DNA of 64,000 nt, from contig CM126215.1 in assembly GCA_052327205.1 (NCBI GenBank), positions 54,622,001-54,686,000 on the forward strand, given 5' to 3'. The stretch is from Somniosus microcephalus (lineage: Eukaryota). The stretch's first letter is position 1; each line of letters opens with the position of its first letter. Positions 25,209-38,165 of the stretch are shown piece by piece. The position numbers and the translations under genes were made by a program. The notes beneath the pieces were generated by a model. The model was not told the origin of the DNA. It worked only from the letters and a program-made list of their open reading frames with translations, and did no database searches.

Positions 25209-26644
25209 TTGGGCAGTCCCAAGGTCAGGATATATAAATGCAAGTCAGTCTTTCTTTTATTTGATATAGATTTTGAAACCAGGAGCTGGCCTTGACGACA
25301 GCTGAAGATCATTCAACCAGAGCAGATACGTGTGAAACCTGCATTGGCAGCCCAATACTGGGAGTGCAAAGCACCAATTTTGACAGTTATTCAACTTTGT
25401 GAAAATCAAAAGAAAAGGAAAACTTAGCACTTATGGAACTTCTGACCTACAAAACTACTTATAAGAATTCAGAAAACAACAATTGCTGAAAAATGAACCT
25501 TTTACTGTTCACTTGGGCAAATTGAGACTATTGCTGAGGTTGGGAGAGAAAGAGCTAAAGGTGTGGTTTAGAAAGAAGTCTTGTATACAACAGAACAGGC
25601 AAGACTATCTGATGAAAATAATTGAACAAAGACACAAAACTCTTAAAAGGGACAATTTAATCCCTTCTGTGTGGAGCTTGAATGAAAGGACATCCTTAAC
25701 TGGTTTAAAAAATAATGATTCATGATTTAGAGAAAAAAATGGTATTAATTCTAATTGTGGGAACTACAGGACAAATTCAGGATCAATTAACACAATTGTT
25801 TCTTCAAAATTATAACACTTGGAACCAGGTACCTGAAAAGTAATATCTGGAAAAAAAATTACCACATCCAGTACTGATCTGCAATAAACCTCTAATTAGG
25901 TTACTAATGGAAAGCTTGTTGCTTTCAATATATTTCAAAGTCTACAGTAAAATCAATGTTTAGTCAACATGACAAGCTGTTCTATGAATATATGCTGTGT
26001 GCTCTATTAGACCTCAAGCTTTCAATGACGCTTGATAATTCCTTCTGAAGTCGCAATGTCATTTAAAAAAAAGGCAACATCCAACCTTTGAGGTAGATTT
26101 TAATTTCAAATTTTAATTCATACTTTATACTGTTAAAAACAATCAAAACTTTTAATAATCTATTGATTTGCAACATGCTCGGCAGTCAATAATCCATTAT
26201 GACTAAATGGACTCTAAGGGTACACTACTGTAGCTGCTTAAAAGTCTCCCATGATTTTTCTCTATCTACTTAATAAAACAACAAGTTTACAGATAACGTT
26301 GTTTAATTGTAGTCTATTCGTGAGGTCTTCTACTGCAATATTACTGACTCCAACTTCTGACTTTCAAGCATATGTTCATTGTGTGTTAATTCTACCACTA
26401 TGCAAATTTCAAATATATTTGGATTGATTTTCCAAATGTGGGCGAGGCTCCCTGCTGGTAACATGCATTTGTGAAATTGGTACCTTTGCATATTACAGTA
26501 TACCATGAGTCACTTAAATCCAGACAAAAAACCAACAGAATTACAATGACTATTACTACTTGAATATTTGATATGTATATATATATATATATATTTTAAG
26601 GCTATCCCTACCATCTCAAATTGACCAGCAGCTTGCCTATAGAG

Positions 26645-26905
26645 GCATATAATGTTACGGCACAGAAATAGGCCATTCAGTACTGGTCTGCGCTGTGGTT
26701 CTCCGCCCCCCCCCCCCCCCCCCCCCCCAATGAGCTTAGATGAATCCCACTCCCCTGCTTGCTTCACATACCTTGTTAATATTTCTCTATTTTCAAGCAA
26801 CTACCTAATTCCCTTTAAGAGTTTATGGACTCTGCTTCAACAACAGTGTGGCAGAGAATTCCAGATTCTAACCATCCTTTGTGTAAAGAAAGCTTTTTCT
26901 TTGTA
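26645..26905 (-). mobile_element. CR1 3'-end fragment
   Basis: Reverse complement of the FFTQR..IWN.LP region plus an aatggcct 3' tail. Confidence 0.6.
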
Positions 26906-27053
26906 GCAAATTGAGAAAAATGATACAAAATGTTAGTTGTTTATAATCTTGCAGATAAAAGGATGTGTAGCCCAAGAGCAAGAGCCAACAATGGTGCTGT
27001 CATTTATGAATGTAAGACATACAGATTTACAAATGGAAAAACTTTCAATAAAT

Positions 27054-27059
27054 TTTATT
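27054..27059 (-). terminator. Probable POLA1 polyadenylation signal
   Basis: AATAAA on the minus strand about 0.8 kb downstream of the POLA1 stop, in AT-rich UTR-like sequence. Confidence 0.5.
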
Positions 27060-27870
27060 GGAATATTTTAAAGAGATAATGGTCATTTATTTCAACATTA
27101 ATCACGTGTTACAAACAGTTTCAGAAACAATGCAGAGTTGATCTTATTCAAAACATGGTAACATTGTATGTGTAAAAAGCTTTCTTACATAAAAAATTAT
27201 GGATATCATCTGTTTCTAAAAAGATAGGAAGAAGTCTGTATAGAAATCTTGAACAGAGTACTGAAGTTTGAAGTAACTCGAACAGATATTGCTGTACTTG
27301 CTTCATTCATTGTCAGCTGCCTATTTAAAAACTGGTTGTGTTTGTCTGTTAGTTCTCCAATCCAAAGTACTTCAGTCACTTCAATAGATTGTTCAGATCT
27401 TGGTAAATGAGACCTGTTGTTCCACTCTCCAGTAAGTGTACTCCACAGTGATCCCAACCATTCTCATTGCCTAGTCCTCTGGCTCCACAGATCACTCTTA
27501 AAAACTACCATCAATCCCAACACTCCCTCCCCAGCCAGCTTTTAATAAACGGCTTTCATCTCTTTATAGGTTTAATTGGTGTTTTGATAGAAAAGTAGAC
27601 GAAGGATGACAACACAAACATTAACGAGTCCATGTAACGACACCGTTGAGCCCTTTTTAAACATCTTTCTTCTAACTTCCTCCACCAAGTAGCCTGGGTC
27701 AAATTCCAAGACTACTCACATCATCATGCATCACATTTAAAGAGCGATCTCCCTACAGACAGCTTCACAAATCTCAAAAAGCATTAATTGTAACGTTTTT
27801 GTTATCGTTCTGCCATCTACACAATAGTCCATCGAGCCTCAAAGAAGAGCGAGAGGTGTCAGGGTCTCCT

Positions 27871-28025
27871 TCATTTATTGATTGTACTGAATGTCTGGAA
27901 GAGTCTGCTGAGGTTTACCTCAGAGTAGCTGCTGGAAGCCAATGCGTCATCTGCGACTCCCTTTAGGCTCTTAAACACAAAACAGTAATCCTGATCTTTA
28001 ACACCAAAGAATTTCTTCACGAAAT
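27871..28025 (-). CDS. POLA1: DNA polymerase alpha catalytic subunit, last coding exon
   Basis: Minus-strand acceptor ttctctttctttttccAG (AG = 28027-28026). Exon reads (D)FVKKFFGVKDQDYCFVFKSLKGVADDALASSSYSEVNLSRLFQTFSTINK*. The YSEVNLS.LF motif matches the POLA1 C-terminus, and POLA1 is the known convergent neighbour of ARX. Not in the ORF track. Confidence 0.9.
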
Positions 28026-28290
28026 CTGGAAAAAGAAAGAGAAATTATATCCAGGAATAAATTTCAATAGAGTAGCTGCTTTTCAGATTTCAAGCTCTAC
28101 AAAACAGTTAATCAACTCAAAAGGTTTTTCATTCCATATTTGCTGAAGGTCTCTCAATGTCCATCCACCTTTTAAAACAAAACTCCACACTAGTTTGTTA
28201 CCTACCACCAGACAGAAAAAAAATGCCGGTCCAATCCATTGAAACACATGGAGGCAAGAAACAAAATAAAATAAGCTGTTTGAAAACTAT

Positions 28291-29071
28291 GGGCCGGAAT
28301 TTGCAGTGGGTAATGACGGCGAATGGACAACATTCGCTGTTATTACCCCTTTGAAACTGACCGCAACTTCCGGATGAAGCGCATGCGCATCCTAACGTGG
28401 GAATCCTGAAGTTGTGGTCAGTCATTCACTGCTCCGATACTGGCTGCGCTGTCGGCACCCGGCCACCCCCCACCCCGGCAATCAGTATAATCAGGGAAAT
28501 CAGTGAAACTGTCGAAAACTTTGGCTTTTCTGCGGTAATATCGCTGTTAAATATCCCATTAAAAGTTAAAACCCCAATTACACCTAATCCAAAAGGGTCC
28601 AACAGCATATTGACTGCTAAACAAACGTTATGGCCCTGAAAAACAAATGATAATTTTGTGGAGTGTCAAATTTATCCATTTTAATAAAAATTACAATTTT
28701 TAAGAAACTTAAAATTTTTTAGAACTTTTTTTTTAACGTTTAATCATCTTTATTTCAGGTTACTTTTTCCTCATGCGAGAGTCCCAATCTCTCTTTTTCT
28801 CTCTATAACATTTTAAAGTTAGAATAAAAGGAATTCTTTCATTTCCTTGATCCCGGGCTGTGAGAATTCTGCATTGTGATTGGTTGCTTAGGCAGCTTGT
28901 TGACATCACAGCAGCTCACGTTAGGGATTCCCCATTAACTTACACGGATTTCAACTGAACATCAGAAAAGCTGACCTTCTCGCCACAGAGATCACAAGAT
29001 CTTTGTGGGAAGCTTACTTCGAGGCCAACGGTGAACATCTTTGCTTCGCCGCTGACCGTAAATTAGGGTCC
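28291..29071. mobile_element. PIF/Harbinger-like non-autonomous element (MITE)
   Basis: Imperfect TIRs gggccggaattt / aaattagggtcc, 3-nt AT-rich flanks (tat/att), GC-rich ends and an AT-rich core. The ends resemble the fragment at 41113-41185. Confidence 0.6.
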
Positions 29072-29094
29072 ATTTTATCTAAACTATAAATTTG

Positions 29095-30395
29095 CATAAT
29101 ATGTTGGTCAGATCCATGCGGAGTACGGCATACATTTCTGGACACCTAACCATAGCAAGGATATTATTCGCCATAATATGATACAGAGCTGAGCAACAAA
29201 GATGTGTCCAGGTATCAGGAATTTTAGTTGAGCAAAGGATTTAAGCTGAGCATGGATAAAGGATTTTTTTTTCCTTTTGGAAACCCGAGGTTATTTTAAG
29301 ATTATGAAGGGAATTGAGAAAATTGATCCAACAAATAACAACTTGTATTTATATAGCACCTTTAACGTAGTAAAACATTCTAATACGCTTCATAGGAGTG
29401 TTATGAAACAAATTTGACGCCAAGCCACATAAGGATATATTTGGGCAGATGTAGGTTTTAAGGAGTGTCTTAAAAGGAGGAAAGAGAGGCAGAGAGGTTT
29501 AGGGAGGGAATTCCAGAGCTTAGGGCCTTGGTAGCTGAAGGAATGGCTGCCAATGGTGGCGCGATTAAAATCCGAGTTTCTCAAGAGGCCAGAATTGGAG
29601 GAGTGCAGATATCCGAGAGTGTTGTAGGGCTGGAGGAGATTAGAGAGATAGGGAAGGGCGAGGCCCTGGAGGGATTTGAAAAAAAGGAGAATTTTAAAAT
29701 TGAGGCATTGCTTAACTGGGAGCCAGTGTAGGTCAGTGAGCTCAGGGGTGATGGTTGAACAGAATTTGGTGCAAGTTAGGGCACGAGCAGCAGTTTTGGA
29801 TGACCTTAACGTACAGAGGGTAGAACGTTGGAGGCTGGCCAGGAGTGCGTTGTAATAGTCAAGCCTAGAGGTAAAAAGGGCATGGATGAGGGATACAGCA
29901 GCAGATTAGCTGAGGCGGGGCAGAGTCGGTGATGTTATGGAGGTGGAAATAGGTGGTCTTAGTAATAGCGCAGATATGAGGCTGGAAGCTCATCTCGGGT
30001 TCAAATATGACACCAAGGTTGCGAACAGTCTGGTTCAGGCTCAGACAGTTGCCAGGGGGAGGGATGGAGTAGGTGGCTAGGGAACAGAGTTTGTGGTGGG
30101 AACTGAAGGCAATGGCTTCAGTCTTCCCAATATTGCCAGCAGACTAAAGTTAATAATTAGGAAGTTAGAAGAAGGGAAGGCAGGAGATTTTTATTCATCA
30201 AAATGGCAATAGAGTTGCATAATACATGGCCAGGAATGGCCAGAGAAGTAGACAGTATAAATGGATATAATGGACAATTGGAAAAGGTTCTGGACAAAGA
30301 AGGGATTGAGTGATATGGTGAGAAGGTGGCTAAAATGGTGTTGATTTATGAAAAAAGGACAGACTGGTTTGAGTCTAGTGGTCTTTCCTTGTTCA
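29095..30395 (+). mobile_element. Old CR1 3' fragment split by an L2 insertion
   Basis: The LVR...EY...FW.P region at 29095-29330 continues as the CR1 3' end at 30135-30395. Confidence 0.55.
29331..30134 (-). mobile_element. L2 LINE 3' fragment
   Basis: Reverse-complement tail aacaacttgtatttatatagcaccttt; minus-strand peptide FSYQGPKLWNSLP. Confidence 0.82.
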
Positions 30396-32090
30396 TATTT
30401 ACGTTGAACTGAAATGGTTAAACTTTATTTCAGATATATTTCTGAATTTATACTTGTAAAGATTAGCCCACTTGGCATTCAAAATGCTTGCTTTTTTTGT
30501 CAGAATATGAAAAGTGTAAATTTTAATGTTAAATGTATGTGCTGTGGAATTCCAATTACAGTACACCCACAATATAAAACAGAAAAGTGACAGGCCTGTA
30601 TATTCAACATTCGCTCTTGTAACACCACAGAAGATTTCTACTGTGCAAGGCCCTCTAAACTGCAAAAGTACAATTTAACTCTGCAAAACATGATTTATGA
30701 CGACTTATACCGACTATAGCATTAATGGAACATCCTATGCCCACTATGTTTCACCAATTTATACAAATACTTGGTTCTATTGCAGTACAGACCCGTAGAT
30801 TTGTAGCTCAAATGAATCTGATTTGTTAATACTTATTTTCTTCAACACAGAAACCTTACTAATGGACTCGTCAAATCTCAGCAAGAGAATAAAGTTTTGT
30901 TTAAAACTGTAGATAGAGCAGAAATCATTTGAGAAATTAGAAAATGAAACCGGGTGGAATGAGCTCCCCTATATGTTAACCTGCCCTTTTGATGGGATAT
31001 TGACTTTTCCCACCAGGCTAGTTGGGTAAGGGAGTATTTGGTCACCGACAGAGAACAGTATTGCTGATGACTAGCAGCACTTTCTTGCATTTCCTTGTAA
31101 GATTATTTTAATCCAATAGACAATACATTACACACAACCATTAGTATTGGAGCATTGGAAAGATCTTGGTGCCTATTACAAATATGTACTCCCTTTCCTG
31201 TATATATCATTGTGCTAGGATCTCACACCAGAAATGGCTTATTACTTCAGTTTACAGGAGAAATTTTAGTGTAGGTTACGTTGGGGGGGGGGGGGGGGGG
31301 GGGAGAAAGAGAGAGAAGGGAAATCTTAATCAAATGATTTCAAATTGCCAACATCTGGATTTACTCAATACTAAATATCCTAAATTGTCTAAATCAACAG
31401 AAAGTAGGATTTGCACAATTAAGAGAGGACCTCTGGACCTGTTAATAACCCACTTTAAAAAATAAAACTGCAAAATCCCCAAAGTCATGAGCAATATTCC
31501 AAGTCATATCTCTCATGTAACATTGGTAACTGTTGCATAATCAAGTTGATTTACACAGCAATTTTCAAGTTACTGAAGAAACTGGCAAAGGCTGCAACTC
31601 TCCAGTGTTTTCTGGCAAAACACAAGAAAAAAATCATGGTATTAAAAACTACAACTAGCAAGAAAAAAATTAAATCCAACTAGTCTTCAGTACTGCACTG
31701 AAGAATTAATTTGATTAAATATACTGGTCATGACAGAGTTCTCTCTAACCACAGACTTGTAAGTAGTTTGTTTGAGGTTATTCGGCATCTAAAATATCTT
31801 GACTAGTATTCCTCACTTGTAACTGCAATAAAGTTTTCTTTTCACTTTTTATTTTCCAAGTTTTTTTTAAATATATAATATATGGCAGTTTTGGATTTTT
31901 GCTGGAAGTTATTTAGGCTAGAAGCTCAGGCATCAGAGGAGATATGGAACGAAGCAAGACTAAACTAAATGATATCAGAACAAGGAGGAAGGGTCAAACT
32001 TAAGTTGGCAGGGCCCAACAGAACGGTTAAGACAACTCCGATATCAAATCACACAGCAATGAAGGGTTCATTTGCCAAGCACACTACCAA

Positions 32091-34066
32091 TCAGGGGACA
32101 CCGAACTCTACAAGAAGGCCAAGTATGACCTCAGAAAGGTTATCAAAGCAGCAAAAAGAGACTATAAGAACAAACTAGAGTCTCCGTATGGCAGTGGCTC
32201 TGACGCCAGACACATGTGGCAGGGATTAAGGGCCATCACCAACTACAAGGGGAGCTCAGCGGGAGTCACCAACACCAATCCCTCCCTACCAGACGAACTG
32301 AATACTTTTTATGCTCGCTTTGAGAGGGAGAACACTGAGCCGGCCATCAAAACCCCCAGCCACCCAGAGGATTACACATTACAGCTGACTGAATCCGAGG
32401 TCCGGAGAACCTTTAGGAGGGGGTGAAAGCACGGAAGGCAGCCGGCTCAGATGGGGTTTCACCCCGTGTCTTCAAGACCTGCGCAGACCAGCTGGCTCCT
32501 GTGTTCACGGACATTTTTAACATCTCATTGCAGCAGTCTGTTGTACCACTGTGCTTTAAGGAGACAACCATTGTGCCGTTACCTAAAAAGACCAAGGTAA
32601 CAGGCCTCAATGACTATCGTCCCGTGGCTCTAACATCTATAGCCATGAAGTGCCTGGAAAAGCTGGTCATGACACACATATGCAGCATTATATCCGATTC
32701 CTTGGACCCGATCCAGTTCGCATATAGGGCGAACAGGTCTGTAGACGATGCCATTTCCCTAACACTACACACTGCTTTGGAACACCTAGACAGGAGGGAC
32801 ACTTACGTCAGACTGTTGTTCATTGACTACAGTTCTGCTTTTAATACTATTATTCCCTCCAAGCTGGTCCTGAAACTGAGGGACCTAGGCCTGGGCACTC
32901 CCATCTGCAATTGGATTCTGGATTTCCTGACTGGTAGGCCTCAAGTGGTGAAAATAGGGAACAACACCTCATCCACTCTGGTTCTCAACACCGGAGCGCC
33001 ACAAGGCTGCTGCCTCAGTCCTTGGCTGTACTCTCTGTTTACACATGACTGTACAGCCATACACAGCAATAACCAGATTATCAAGTTTGCCGGCGACACC
33101 ACAGTAATTGGCCTGATAAGCAACGATGACGAGGCGGAGTACAGAGATGAGATAGTCCAGCTGATGAGATGGTGCAATGACAACAGCCTTGCCCTGAACG
33201 TTGGCAAAACTAAGGAGCTCATCGTGGACTTCAGAAGCCACCGAGGGAACCATCGCCCCATCAGCATAGACGGGACACCAGTGGAAGTCGTCAGTTGCTT
33301 CCGATTCCTGGGTCTGCAGATCTCTGATGACCTGGCCTGGAACCATAATACTGAGGCTATGCTGAAGAAGGCACACCAGCGCCTCTACCCTCTACGGTGC
33401 CTGAGGAAATGCGGCATAAGCACACAGTGGCTTGTGAACTTTTACCGCGGCACCATAGAGAGTGTCTTGATGAGTGGTGTCAATGTGTGGTATGGCAACA
33501 CCACTGCACAGAACAAGAAAGCCATCCAGAGAGTTGTGAATACGGCAGAAAAGATCATCGGGTGCGCACTTCCGTCCATCGAGGAGATCTTCCAGACCAG
33601 GTGCCGGAACAAGGCCCGCTCCATCATCCAGGACCCCAATCACCCTGGGCACAAACTGTTCTCCCTCCTGCGGTCCGGACGTCGGTACCGCAGCATCCGA
33701 ACCAGGACCAGCAGGTTTAAGAACAGTTTCTATCCACAGGCAGTGCGCCTACTGAACTGCTAATCGCACTGCCCCATATATTATGGTTATATGTTTATGT
33801 AAATATATATATTATACTTATATTACCATATATTTATCATATTACATTACTATTATTTCCAGTGGTAATTGAGGCTTTTTTATACTATTCATCATATCCT
33901 GCAACTTGGACTGTTATTGCTATACTTTTTGCTTATTGTTTTTATTTATACTTGTTTTTATTTTTTTGCTTTTATATTATATGCTTGTATTGTGGGAGTG
34001 AGTGGGGAGTAAGCATTCCAGTGTACTAGTTACATATGGCAATAAAATGATCTTGAATCTTGAATC
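32091..34066 (+). mobile_element. Rex1/Babar-like non-LTR retrotransposon, 5'-truncated and young
   Basis: SGDTELYKKAKYDLRK...MWQGLRAITNYK...LPDELNTFYARFE, then a 446-aa RT frame with [44 protein letters not shown] and [20 protein letters not shown]-rich 3'UTR, AATAAA and a TCTTGAA-repeat tail. One frameshift in the G run near 32420; catalytic FADD reads FAGD. Confidence 0.88.
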
Positions 34067-34442
34067 CTCGCTATGACCATTAATGGAATACATCATCGGT
34101 TTCAGTTCAACTTAATTGGGGACCAGATCATGTTGGTAGAATTAGATAAATGGAATAATTTATGAAGTCCTAAACCATTAGCACATTTTTAATAATATTT
34201 AATCTTGGGTAAAATGAATTTGATGAGGGAATGGAATCTCACATTCAGGGAAAGCTAGTTTCCACCTTGAATCAAGCCATCTCCTTTCTGTGAAGTAAGC
34301 CTTCAAGTGGCATTAATAAGCCAGATTGGTTGGTCAATCATTAACAGAGACCAGAAGTACTGCAGACCTGCAGGTATCCAATTGCAATTGAAGTCTACAA
34401 TTGAAGATCAACTGGTTTTGAGCTTCCACCATCAAACATAAT

Positions 34443-35187
34443 GGGCCTGAACTTCCAATCGGAGGTTCCGTGCGGGTGGATGCCACCGATTGGAAAAAAT
34501 CTACGAACTTACCTGCTGGCTCCGTAGGTCCCGAGGCTTGCGATCCTGGGCCTCTGCTCTACGAAATGCGCAGAGGCTCAGGTATCCCAGGCGGTTCGCA
34601 AGTGTCCTTGGGATCACATGGGCCATGGGGAACCAATCAATCAAAGAAGGGAATCCCCCTTCACACTTTTGACAGGTCTCTCCGCATAGATCTGTCAAAA
34701 GTATGAATGGGGAATCACATAAAAAACAGTAAAACATAAAATTAAAAAAAATTAAAAAAATCACATTTAAAATGAATTAAAATGACATTAAATTAAATAT
34801 TTTAAACAAAAATGTAATTTTTGGAAAAATATTGAAGTTTTTTTATGGCGCTAAAAATAAACTTAACTTTTGTAAAAGTATTTTAAAATGATAAATCAGT
34901 GACAATTTTCTATTTTTTAAAAGTCTTATGCTGGTAAAAGCAGGCCTTACGCCTGCTTTTACCAGGTGTAAGATTTTTAAAGGCTTTCAGCAGACGGAAG
35001 TTGTGCAGAAAGCAGAACTCTCTGCCCGCAGAGGCCCATCTCCTGGGCATGTGTGCGATCTGTCAAGAGGATTCTTGACAGATCGCAAATGCTAGGTTTT
35101 AGCGCATGTGCTTCGTATGCCTAAACACGGCACTTGCGCAGCCCCTATGGATGCATACATATACGTGGGGGTCGGAAAATCCAGCCC
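34443..35187. mobile_element. PIF/Harbinger-like MITE, inverted relative to 42545-43309
   Basis: Left 200 bp align with the reverse complement of 43100-43309 (gatcctgggcct, gggatcac.tgggccatgg, ccaat). Imperfect TIRs; multiple hairpins. Confidence 0.75.
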
Positions 35188-35254
35188 TTTATCTTGCAGG
35201 CACCTCAGACCCAGAGACCCTGCTTACCCCCTCTTTCCCCACCCAGACAGAAAA

Positions 35255-35410
35255 TGTGCTGTCCAGTGTGATGCCAAACTACAAAGAACACGTGGGTCCA
35301 GTCTGTGCTGAGTTCAGTATCTCAGCCTGGACAGGGATCAGCAGCTACAATTGACCTTGGTGCTCCAAAGTTAGGGAAGGAAAAAAAACAACTTCTGTTC
35401 TCACTCATAT
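35255..35410 (+). mobile_element. Fragment of the unnamed tRNA-headed SINE-like family
   Basis: gtctgtgctgagtt...ctacaattgacc...gttagggaagg, shared with 55555-55830 and the reverse complement of 19095-19290. Confidence 0.45.
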
Positions 35411-35469
35411 CGTTCCTTCAGAGAGGAGGGGGCAAAAAGCTTAATGATTGGTCCAGCAATGTAATATAA

Positions 35470-36149
35470 CTACTTCCACCTTCGTAATATCGCTCATCTC
35501 CGCCCCTGCCTCAGCTCATCTGCTGCTGAAACTCTCATCCATGCCTTTGTTACCTCCAGACTCTCTTATTCCAATGCTCTCCTGTCCAGACTCCCACCTT
35601 CCGTAAACTTGAGCTCATCCAAACTCCTGTTGACTGTATTCTAACTCGCACTAAGTCCCATTCACCCATCACCTCTGTGATCGCTGACTTACATTGTATT
35701 CTAACTCGCACTAAGTCCCATTCACCCATCACCTCTGTGATCGCTGACTTACATTGACTCCCGGTCCGGCAATGCCTCAATTTTAAAATTCTCATCATTG
35801 TTTTCAAATCCCTCCATGGCCTCACCCCTTCCTATCTCTGTAACCTCATTCAGCCCTGCAACCCTCCAAGGTCTCTGCGCTCCTCCAATTTGGGTCTCTT
35901 TCATCGGTCTAACATTGGCGGCTGCGCCATCAGTTGTTTAGGCCATAAGCAGTAGAATTCCCTCTCTAAACCTCCGCTTCTCTCTCTACCTTTAAGTCGC
36001 TCCTTAAAACCTATCTCTTTGACCAAGCTTTTGGTCACCTGTCCTAATATGGCTCAGTGTCAAATTTTGTCCGGTTACACTCCTGTGAAGCAACTTGCGA
36101 CGTTTTTACTACGTTAAAGGCGCTATATAAATACAAGTTGCTGTTGTTG
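35470..36149 (+). mobile_element. L2 LINE 3' fragment
   Basis: YFHLRNIA.LRP and HITP.LA.LHW-type coding remnant; tail aaggcgctatataaatacaagttgctgttgttg. Confidence 0.82.
35635..35754. repeat. Perfect 60-bp tandem duplication inside L2
   Basis: 35635-35694 is identical to 35695-35754. Confidence 0.95.
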
Positions 36150-36399
36150 AGGGTTTTTGGAGCATGGAGTACTTTGCCAGTGAGTGGTTGAGGCAGAGAC
36201 CATTGCAACTGGAAAATATTTGAAGCAGAGAAAGATAAAAAGCTACAGAGAGAAAGCAGGGCAGTGGGATTAGCTTTGGGATTGATCTAGCAAAGAGCCA
36301 GCAGGCAAGTTGGGCCAGTGGCTTCCCTCTTTCCCTCTGTGTTGTAAACCTCTTTGATTCGATGGATCGCCCTCTGATCTATAGCATTCTATGCTTAGA

Positions 36400-36727
36400 C
36401 TTTTGGATGAGATGTCAGACCAAGGCCCCATCTGCCCTCTCAGGTGGACATAAAAGATCCCACGGCACTATTCGAAGAGGAGCTGGGGAGTTTTCCCCGG
36501 TGTCCTGGCCAATATTTATCCTTCAACCAGTGTCATTAAAAATTTTTTATCTGGTCATCGTCACATTGCTGTCTGTGGGGCCTTGCTGTGCGTAAATTGG
36601 CTGCCACGTTTTCTTACATTATAACAGTGACTACACTTCATAAAAAGTACTTCATTGGCTGTACAGCGCTTTGAGACGTCCTGAGGTCATGAAAGGCGCT
36701 ATATAAATACAAGGTCTTTCTTTCTTT
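36400..36727 (+). mobile_element. DeuSINE (SacSINE1-like), 3' part
   Basis: aaaagatcccacggcactattcgaagagg...gtcctggccaatatttatcc...aaaggcgctatataaat tail; matches 60697-61140. Confidence 0.82.
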
Positions 36728-37329
36728 AGACTGATTTCTGCTGAATATAAATTAAGTCGAGCAATGTGAATCACTCTTCAAGGAAAATCCCTACATGACA
36801 GGTGTAGGCTTATACTGGAACATTCTTGTAGCAGTCATATGCTAGCAAAAGTGAATTGATTCTGAAGTTGCTTTGGAGTTAAAGAACTGATTCATACAGG
36901 CACCGACAAAACCCAGTCCGAGTTTGTTGGGATTCATTTGCATGGTGATGGCATGGCATCACAATGCAGGCGCACAAAACAGTTATGTTAATTTTGGAAG
37001 CAATAGAAATATGTTTAACATTATTATCTCCTTGAGGGACAATCAAACTGCGTAACAATTTCAGGTCTGATTAATTTTTTTTTAATCCCTAACCCTGCTC
37101 AACATTGGCCTTGGGACCTGAATTGCTGAATACCATGTTCACACTAAGGTCTGCGATGTGCATTTTGGGTCTCAAACTATCAGGCGTTAGGGGTTTAACT
37201 TTTGGGTCAGCAAATGTTGATGGTCATTGATCCTGTTTATATACCATCTTTAGCAACATGGCAAAGCAGGAACTCCTTCACTGTGATGCTAAAGATGGTG
37301 TGGGAATGCACAATCTTTTGTTTTCCATT

Positions 37330-38165
37330 ATATAACTGATTTGGACATGAGCACAAACTGTGAAGAAGAATGCAAGAGATTGCAGGAAGACTGTTAGGTT
37401 TAATGGACTGGGCAGACAGGCGGCAGATGCAGATCAATGTAGAGAAATGTGAGGTGGTACATTTTAGGAAAAAGAACAGCGAACAAAAGTGTACCATAAA
37501 CAGCAAGACTCTTAAGAGTGGGGGAAACAGAGAGATCCAGGGCGATCCAGAGATCTTTAAAGGTGTGGGTGCAAGTAGAAAGGGTAATTAAAAAGACAAA
37601 TGGAATTCTCAGTTTTATCTTCAAGTACACTGAATTTGTATAAATCATTGGTTAGGCTACAGCTGGAATGTTATGCGCAGTTCTCAGCACCCCATTATAG
37701 AAAGCACATTAGGATCATGGGTAGGGTACAGTAATGAGAGGTTAGTTATTAATAAAACACACAAATTGGGCTTTTTTGCTGGGACAGAGAAGTTAAAGGG
37801 GGAAATTTAAGAGTCTTTTTTTTTTAAATTATGAAAGGTTTTGAGAGGGAAAATAATAAAAGATTGTTTGCACTGGTTGTTGAATTGGTGACAAGGGGGC
37901 ACAAATTGAGGATCATTAAAAGAACAAAAAGGGGAAGTTCGAAGTCTCCCCCCCCCAGACAGAGGTTTATTAGAACATGTAATGCTTTACTCCAAGTGGC
38001 TATTGAAGCAGAGGCTACAACATAATTCAACAGGGGATTGGATAAATTCTTTGAAAAGGAAGAGTATTAAAGTAGAAAGGGCAGGGAAATAAGATTAGAA
38101 GATAGCTCCAGTTCCAGAAACAGCACAGACACAATGGGCCTCCTCTGCTGCACATTCTATGACCA
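37330..38165 (+). mobile_element. Degraded CR1 3' RT fragment
   Basis: DWADRRQMQINVEKCEVVHF...TRGHKL..., ending in a CR1-type tail. Confidence 0.72.
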
